DNA of 64,000 nucleotides from Candidatus Ozemobacteraceae bacterium (GTDB lineage Bacteria > Muiribacteriota > Ozemobacteria > Ozemobacterales > Ozemobacteraceae), in contig OZ223236.1 in assembly GCA_965140445.1 (NCBI GenBank), forward strand, positions 2,464,001 to 2,528,000, in the 5' to 3' direction. The position numbers were made by a program, and so were the translations under genes. Of the stretch, positions 58,695-64,000 are shown piece by piece. The notes below the pieces were generated by a model. It saw nothing but the letters and a program-made list of their open reading frames with translations, made no database searches and was not told the origin of the DNA. The first letter of the stretch is position 1; each line of letters opens with the position of its first letter.

Positions 58695-59705
58695 TTATTC
58701 AATCTCGCTTTTTAGTGACCTGCCCATTAAATTAGATGCGGCCTCTACAGGCGAAAGATTATTAAAAAGTACTCTGCATATTTCTTCGGTAATTGGAAGC
58801 TGAAGCTTTAGTTTTTTGCCCCATTCTTCAGCTATTTTTGCTGTTTCAACACCCTCTACAACCATTTTAGTAGACGATGAAAAATTCTCTAGTGATTCTC
58901 CCTTTGCAAGTGCTTGACCTAAACGGTGATTTCTGGATAAAGGAGAAGAAGTGGTAGCCATTAAATCTCCTAATCCAGCGAGACCATAAAAGGTTTTTAG
59001 TTCACCGCCAAGAGCAGAACCAAGTCTGACTAACTCATGAAGACTTCTTGTTAAGTAAGCTGCTTTTGCATTATCTCCAAGGTCAAGACCGTCGACAATT
59101 CCAGCGCCTATGGCAAAAATATTTTTTAAGGTTCCTCCGAGTTCGACTCCAGTTCTGTCTGTTTGTCTGTAAACACGGAATGTATTATTGGAAAGACAAT
59201 TTTGCAGTTTTTCTGCTATTTCTTCATTTGGACAAGCTACGACAGATGCACCAATTTTACCTTTTGCAATTTCATCTGCAAGATTTGGTCCTGAAAGGCA
59301 GGCAACCATATCCTCTGGAGAATTTTCTTCGATTCCTAGGACTTCGAGAATTACTTGAGAAAGTCTTTTTCCGGTATTTCTTTGGAAGCCTTTTGCAACG
59401 TTAACTATGCCACGAGCCTGAAGTAGTTCGCGTGAATATGGCTGGAGAACTGAAGATAAAAATCCCGATGGGATAGCAGTAAGGATAAAGTCCGCTTCTT
59501 CTAAAACTTCTGGAATACTATTTGAGGCGGAAACGGATGAATGAATCTGTAAATGGTCAACAAAAACCGGGTTTCTATGATCGTTGTTTATTCCATCAAC
59601 TATTTCTGTTTCTCTTGCCCAGATTCTTACCTGGTTCCCATTTTCTGCCAGTAGGTTGGCAAGCGTGGTTCCCCAGGAACCTGCTCCTAAAACGCTAAAT
59701 TTCAC
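58695..59705 (-). CDS. gpsA: NAD(P)H-dependent glycerol-3-phosphate dehydrogenase
   Basis: GAGSWGT, SGPNLA, GGTLKN, GLGDL..T…SRN, EG. Confidence 0.95.
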   Translation of the reverse strand: MKFSVLGAGSWGTTLANLLAENGNQVRIWARETEIVDGINNDHRNPVFVDHLQIHSSVSASNSIPEVLEEADFILTAIPSGFLSSVLQPYSRELLQARGIVNVAKGFQRNTGKRLSQVILEVLGIEENSPEDMVACLSGPNLADEIAKGKIGASVVACPNEEIAEKLQNCLSNNTFRVYRQTDRTGVELGGTLKNIFAIGAGIVDGLDLGDNAKAAYLTRSLHELVRLGSALGGELKTFYGLAGLGDLMATTSSPLSRNHRLGQALAKGESLENFSSSTKMVVEGVETAKIAEEWGKKLKLQLPITEEICRVLFNNLSPVEAASNLMGRSLKSEIE

Positions 59706-59740
59706 ATTTGCCTCCTGAACTTTGGTCGAAAGGGTAGGAT

Positions 59741-60397
59741 CTATTGTTCCTGGCTATCTGCAACGGTTTTGGACTCTTTTTCTGATTTTTTTTGTCCAAT
59801 TGCAAGTTCTTCGCCTTTTAGAATTCTCTGGATATTCGCTTTATGTTTGTAGACAATGAAAATTGCCACTAATGCAGCGAATCCGGTTAAGTATATATTA
59901 TAGACTGGTCCGCCTTCTTTAAAAAGGAAGATAAATGCTGGTAGGGATGCGGCAGCAAGTATTGAGCCTAGCGAAACCATTCCACTCATAATTAAAACCA
60001 CAATAAAAACAAGCAGACTAGAGATAGAAGCTTTGGTCGCAAGTGCCAGAAAGATTCCAAGTCCCGTTGCTACACCTTTTCCGCCTTTAAATTTGACCCA
60101 GAACGAAAGGGTATGACCACAAATTGCAGCAGCAGCAGCAATGAATAATCCTGGTGGATAATCAGGCGCCAGTCTGGCAGTTACAATTACCGCCATCATA
60201 CCTTTTAAAACATCTAATGCAAGAGTAACTGCGAAAGGAACTTTTCCGAGAACTCTGAAAACATTAGTTGCTCCCATGTTCTTGCTTCCATGCTCGAATA
60301 TATTCAACCTGTATACTGCCAGACCAAGCCAGTATGCAGATGGAATAGATCCAAAAAGATATCCGGTTACAATTGCAATTAAGATGCTTTCGGCCAT
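59741..60397 (-). CDS. plsY: Glycerol-3-phosphate acyltransferase
   Basis: GSIP, GSKNMGATN, DVLKG, FKGGKGVAT, HKANIQR. Confidence 0.95.
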   Translation of the reverse strand: MAESILIAIVTGYLFGSIPSAYWLGLAVYRLNIFEHGSKNMGATNVFRVLGKVPFAVTLALDVLKGMMAVIVTARLAPDYPPGLFIAAAAAICGHTLSFWVKFKGGKGVATGLGIFLALATKASISSLLVFIVVLIMSGMVSLGSILAAASLPAFIFLFKEGGPVYNIYLTGFAALVAIFIVYKHKANIQRILKGEELAIGQKKSEKESKTVADSQEQ

Positions 60398-60399
60398 TT

Positions 60400-61731
60400 C
60401 TATTTCCCGACGATTAGCTTCATTGGCCAGCCATCGAAGCTCTCTTCCTGGCGAATATGGTTCATAATATATCTCTGGTATGAAAAGTGGACTCCTTGTG
60501 GATCTGAGCTTTTCAATTTAAAGACAATTGGCGGTCCATAAAGCTGTTTAAGGGAAGTGATTTTTACAGCTCGGCCTCTGGAAGATGGCGGTGGTTGAAT
60601 AGTTAAACAATCGAAAAGAATTGTTTTGAGTCGCTCTGGTGGAATAACCCTCTTGCCAGTTTCTTGAACCTGATCTATAAGTTCAAAGAGCTTGTTAACT
60701 CTCATGCCGGTTTTGGCAGAAGTTGAAATCATAGGGGCAAAAGATAATTGGGGAAATTCTTCGCGGGTGTGTTGCAGCAATTCTTTCCAGGTGCTTTCAT
60801 TGTGCTTTCCAATATCCCACTTGTTCCAGACTATAATACATCCGGCGCCACTGTCGATAACGCGACCAGCTATTCTCTTGTCCTGATTGGATATTTTGCC
60901 GGTAGAAGCATCCATAACCAAAATTACAAGATCAGTTCGCTTAATTGCCCCCAGAGTTCTGAAAACAGAATATTGCTCAACTGAATCTTTTTTACTGTCT
61001 GGTCTTCTAAGTCCAGCTGTGTCAATAAAGTTGTAAGTTTTATTCTTGTGTTCGCATTTTACAAGGATTGTGTCTCTTGTAGTTCCAGGAACATTATCTA
61101 CAATCGCTCTGTGTTCTCCGATTAAGCTGTTGAAAATAGAAGATTTTCCAACATTGGGTTTACCAACTATGGCAATTCTATCTAAAGCTTTTTCAAGAAA
61201 TTCTTCCTCTGCCGTTTTGCTGTTTCTGGGGAATATCTCAACTACTTCGTCCAGTAGATCAGCTATCCCATGGCCGTGAACGGCGGAAATTGGGAACAGT
61301 TGGTCAACGCCAAGTTCGTAAAACTCCATTAATGGTGTTTCATTGTCTGTGTTGTCCAATTTGTTTATGGCTACAAACAATGGTCTATCAGTCCATTTTT
61401 TTCGTAGAATATTTAAGATTTCTTTGTCATCAGGAACTAACCCTGCATGGGCATCGCAAACAAAGATAACGGTTTCTGCTTCAGATAAAGCAAATTCCAC
61501 CTGATTTTTGATTGAAACCATCAGGGGCTGATTGTCATCTGGCTCAAGACCACCAGTATCCACAATATTAAAAGTTCGACCATTCCAGGTCGACTCGGCA
61601 TAATTTCGGTCCCTGGTTACGCCTGGTGTAGGATCTACTATCGCATGACGGTAGCCTACGATGCGGTTTAACAGAGAAGATTTACCCACGTTGGGTCTTC
61701 CCACAATTGCTATGGTTGGAATTACAGGCAT
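60400..61731 (-). CDS. der: Ribosome biogenesis GTPase Der/EngA
   Basis: Two G-domains, GRPNVGKS and GKPNVGKS, DTGG/DTAG. Start MPVIP with GGAGG RBS. Confidence 0.95.
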   Translation of the reverse strand: MPVIPTIAIVGRPNVGKSSLLNRIVGYRHAIVDPTPGVTRDRNYAESTWNGRTFNIVDTGGLEPDDNQPLMVSIKNQVEFALSEAETVIFVCDAHAGLVPDDKEILNILRKKWTDRPLFVAINKLDNTDNETPLMEFYELGVDQLFPISAVHGHGIADLLDEVVEIFPRNSKTAEEEFLEKALDRIAIVGKPNVGKSSIFNSLIGEHRAIVDNVPGTTRDTILVKCEHKNKTYNFIDTAGLRRPDSKKDSVEQYSVFRTLGAIKRTDLVILVMDASTGKISNQDKRIAGRVIDSGAGCIIVWNKWDIGKHNESTWKELLQHTREEFPQLSFAPMISTSAKTGMRVNKLFELIDQVQETGKRVIPPERLKTILFDCLTIQPPPSSRGRAVKITSLKQLYGPPIVFKLKSSDPQGVHFSYQRYIMNHIRQEESFDGWPMKLIVGK

Positions 61732-61758
61732 ATTAACCTCCAGAATAAGAAGAGAGGA

Positions 61759-61788
61759 ATGGTAGCATTTTTTGACCGGTAAAGTCAA
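61759..61788 (-). promoter_or_regulatory. Possible sigma70 promoter for the der-plsY-gpsA operon
   Basis: TTGACT-18 nt-TACCAT with extended -10 TG. Confidence 0.45.
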
Positions 61789-61979
61789 TGTGACATGCAT
61801 TAAATCAATAAATTTGAAAGCTGCTTGATAAAGAGATGGAGCAAAGAAAATAATATGCTGGAGGCTGTGTTAAAAGTAGATTTAGTTGAATAAATTTTGG
61901 AAGAGGCGGTTGCGATTGACAGTGAATCTTGCTTTTGTTAAGGTATTGATCTGATAAAAAGATTGAAAGAGGTAAAATA

Positions 61980-62693
61980 GTGATATCCTGCCTGAACTTA
62001 TTACCCATCCAAAAGCTGGATCTGGAAATTGATGAAGCTAATGCTCAGATACTCGAAAAACAGCAGAAATTTGAGAAAAATGTTGCAACAGTTAATGCAG
62101 ATTTAAAGCTTAATTCTCAAAAACTTGCATTGTTAAAAAAGATAACTCTCAGAAAAAGAGCTGCTGAAACTGAGTTTGAGGCTTTAAACGAAAAGCTTGA
62201 GCAAACTGAGAAGAAGACAATGACGGCAGGGTTGGCACCAGCTTCTTATGATGCTCTTCAAAAGGAAATTAAAGTTTTAAAAGCAAGTATTTCTGAAATT
62301 GAAAGCGCTATTCTGACAGACATGGAAAAGATCGAGCAGCTTGAAGAAGCTACATCTAAAGCCGCTAAGGTTTTAGAGGGTAGACAAAAGCATCTTGAAG
62401 AAATTAAAGTGCGTGTTGCTGATGAAAAGAAGGAAATATTAAAAAAGATTGAGATTCTAAAAACTGAAAGATCTCAGGCCACTTTAAAGATTCCGGCAGA
62501 TCAGTTGGGACTTTATGAAGAACTGCGTAATAGTAAAAAAGGACAGGTTATTTTTGATATAGAATCTACAGGCTGCCCCGCTTGTGGTATGGGATTACCC
62601 GGTGGATTTATTACAAAAATCAAGTCTCATTTTGAGGCTGAAGAGTGCCCATATTGTCACATTCTTTTACGCTGGACGGGATTAAGGGAATAA
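61980..62693 (+). CDS. Coiled-coil C4 zinc-ribbon protein (CT398/DUF164, zf-RING_7)
   Basis: IQKLD.EI, long coiled coil, YEELR…KG, CPACGM…CPYCH.LL. Confidence 0.85.
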   Translation: MISCLNLLPIQKLDLEIDEANAQILEKQQKFEKNVATVNADLKLNSQKLALLKKITLRKRAAETEFEALNEKLEQTEKKTMTAGLAPASYDALQKEIKVLKASISEIESAILTDMEKIEQLEEATSKAAKVLEGRQKHLEEIKVRVADEKKEILKKIEILKTERSQATLKIPADQLGLYEELRNSKKGQVIFDIESTGCPACGMGLPGGFITKIKSHFEAEECPYCHILLRWTGLRE

Positions 62694-62696
62694 TTT

Positions 62697-63569
62697 GTGA
62701 AATTTGGTGATTTTTTTAAACCTAAAATAGGATTTTCAATCCTCGTATTAGTTTTTATATTTTCTGGATTAAATGTGTGTTTTTCTCAATCTACACCAGG
62801 AAATATTGAAAGCAGAGCTGAAAAATACGTTGTTGATAACGCTGGTCTGGTTAAAAATCCAATTAAAGCGCAAATTCTTGAAATTTGTCAGGAAATCGAA
62901 AACAAAATGCGCATCCGAGTCCTGATCAAGACTGAGCGAGTCGAAAACCTTTCTAAGGGACAGACCGGGGTTGAAAGCTTTTTCTCTGACTGGATCAGAT
63001 CAATTGGCCTTGAAAAGAGGGGAATCCTTATTTATGCCCTTCTTCCAGAGGGGTCAGCGCATGGAAAGGTTCATCTTCGTGTAGGAATTGGTTTAAAATA
63101 TCTTATTACAAGAGAAATGGGCGAAAATATTTTAAATCAGGTTATTTTACCCCATAATTCTAACGACAGTGATGGCCAAGGTTTTCTCGAAGGGGTTTCC
63201 ACAATTAAGAGAATGTTGCTTGACGAACTTAAGCGTGAATCCCATAGAAAGAGCTCTTATTCAAACAGATTCGACCTTAGAAGTTTTCTTTGGACATCTA
63301 AAGAGATTCTTTTGGCTCTATTGGTTGGCGTATTTTTGTTCTACATAATATTTTTTGTGGAACGCTGTCCAAGATGTAACGGCGCTTTAAAAACAAGTTT
63401 CGAAGTGTTAAAAGAGCCTGGGGTTAATACCCTTGGTCTAAGAAGAAAAGTTTATGCATGTGAAAGATGTGGCTTTTCAAGAAGGAAAAAAGAACCAATT
63501 TATCCTTCTGGCAAAGCTGGCATCTGGATGAGAATCTCTGGAACGAGAAGAAATGTAAAGATTGAGTAA
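62697..63569 (+). CDS. TPM (DUF477)-domain membrane protein with C-terminal zinc ribbon
   Basis: YVVDNAGL, RGILI, VGIGL..LI; TM; CPRC…CERC. Confidence 0.75.
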   Translation: MKFGDFFKPKIGFSILVLVFIFSGLNVCFSQSTPGNIESRAEKYVVDNAGLVKNPIKAQILEICQEIENKMRIRVLIKTERVENLSKGQTGVESFFSDWIRSIGLEKRGILIYALLPEGSAHGKVHLRVGIGLKYLITREMGENILNQVILPHNSNDSDGQGFLEGVSTIKRMLLDELKRESHRKSSYSNRFDLRSFLWTSKEILLALLVGVFLFYIIFFVERCPRCNGALKTSFEVLKEPGVNTLGLRRKVYACERCGFSRRKKEPIYPSGKAGIWMRISGTRRNVKIE

Positions 63570-63572
63570 TTT

Positions 63573-63944
63573 GCAGGATAGCTGGTCGGTCGCGTTTGCG
63601 TGAAAACGTAAATGAGGAAAGTCCGGGCTCCATAGGGCAGGGTGCTGGGTAATACCCAGGCTTCGAAAGAGGAATCTTTCGGGGATGGAAAGTGCAACAG
63701 AAAATATACCGCCGATGGCCTGAAAAGGCACAGGTAAGGTTGAAAAGGTGCGGTAAGAGCGCACCGGAGTCATTGGCGACAGTGATTCCTGGTAAACCCC
63801 ACCGGAGCAAGACCTAATATGAAGTATGGGGCTGCCCGCCTCGTTAAACTTCGGGTTGGTCGCTTGAGGTAAGGGGAAACCCTTATCCTAGATAGATGAC
63901 CGACGCCCGCAAGGGTACAGAACCCGGCTTATAGGCTATCCTGC
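63573..63944 (+). ncRNA. rnpB: RNase P RNA, bacterial type A
   Basis: P1 GCAGGATAGC/GCTATCCTGC; GAGGAAAGTCCGGGCTCC, AGTGCAACAG, GGTAAACCCC, ACAGAACCCGGCTTA; P6 GGGCAG/CTGCCC; P13, P14, P18 and P19 hairpins present. Confidence 0.97.
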
Positions 63945-64000
63945 TTTTTACTCTTTTTTATCTTCATTTAAAATGGATTTGTTTTTATTATAGATGTTCA

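Noticed and set aside
63424..63810. Three minus-strand ORFs (128, 98, 65 aa)
   Set aside because: Antisense shadows of rnpB.
1..64000. CRISPR arrays, tRNA/rRNA, IS elements, integrases, defence systems
   Set aside because: I saw no regularly spaced direct repeats, cloverleaf/rRNA signatures or transposase/integrase/nuclease motifs by eye. Short ncRNAs or riboswitches could have been missed without an Infernal search.

Overview
AT-rich, gene-dense bacterial chromosomal window with about 55 CDSs, one RNase P RNA (rnpB) and several intrinsic terminators and sigma70-type promoters. I saw no tRNA, rRNA, CRISPR array, transposase or prophage. The housekeeping backbone includes ackA, buk/ptb, hpt, a UDP-glucuronate decarboxylase, DegP/HtrA, folC, PBP1A, dusB, lepA, gpsA, plsY, der and rnpB. 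This points to a fermentative anaerobe. The protein styles, for example the pilin-like proteins and the CP-x-GG...CxxHG motif, remind me of Candidatus Riflebacteria, but that is inference only. The most unusual elements are: (1) a signalling module with an FHA-MinD/CpaE-like ATPase, a membrane Ser/Thr kinase and a PP2C phosphatase, converging on a cNMP-MinD/CpaE-like ATPase, where three of the four proteins end in a MinD-type amphipathic tail; (2) a sigma70 factor with two tandem 7-Cys N-terminal domains of identical spacing; (3) a secreted, catalytic-domain-only, animal-type protein-arginine deiminase; (4) a minimal soluble cNMP-MCP chemoreceptor beside a divergent Hfq and a PhnD-lipoprotein/diguanylate cyclase pair; (5) a degenerate ECF sigma located downstream of a ZAS anti-sigma; (6) a secreted Gly-heptad helical-hairpin protein after a minor-pilin cluster. 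All family calls come from motif recognition by eye, and no searches were run.
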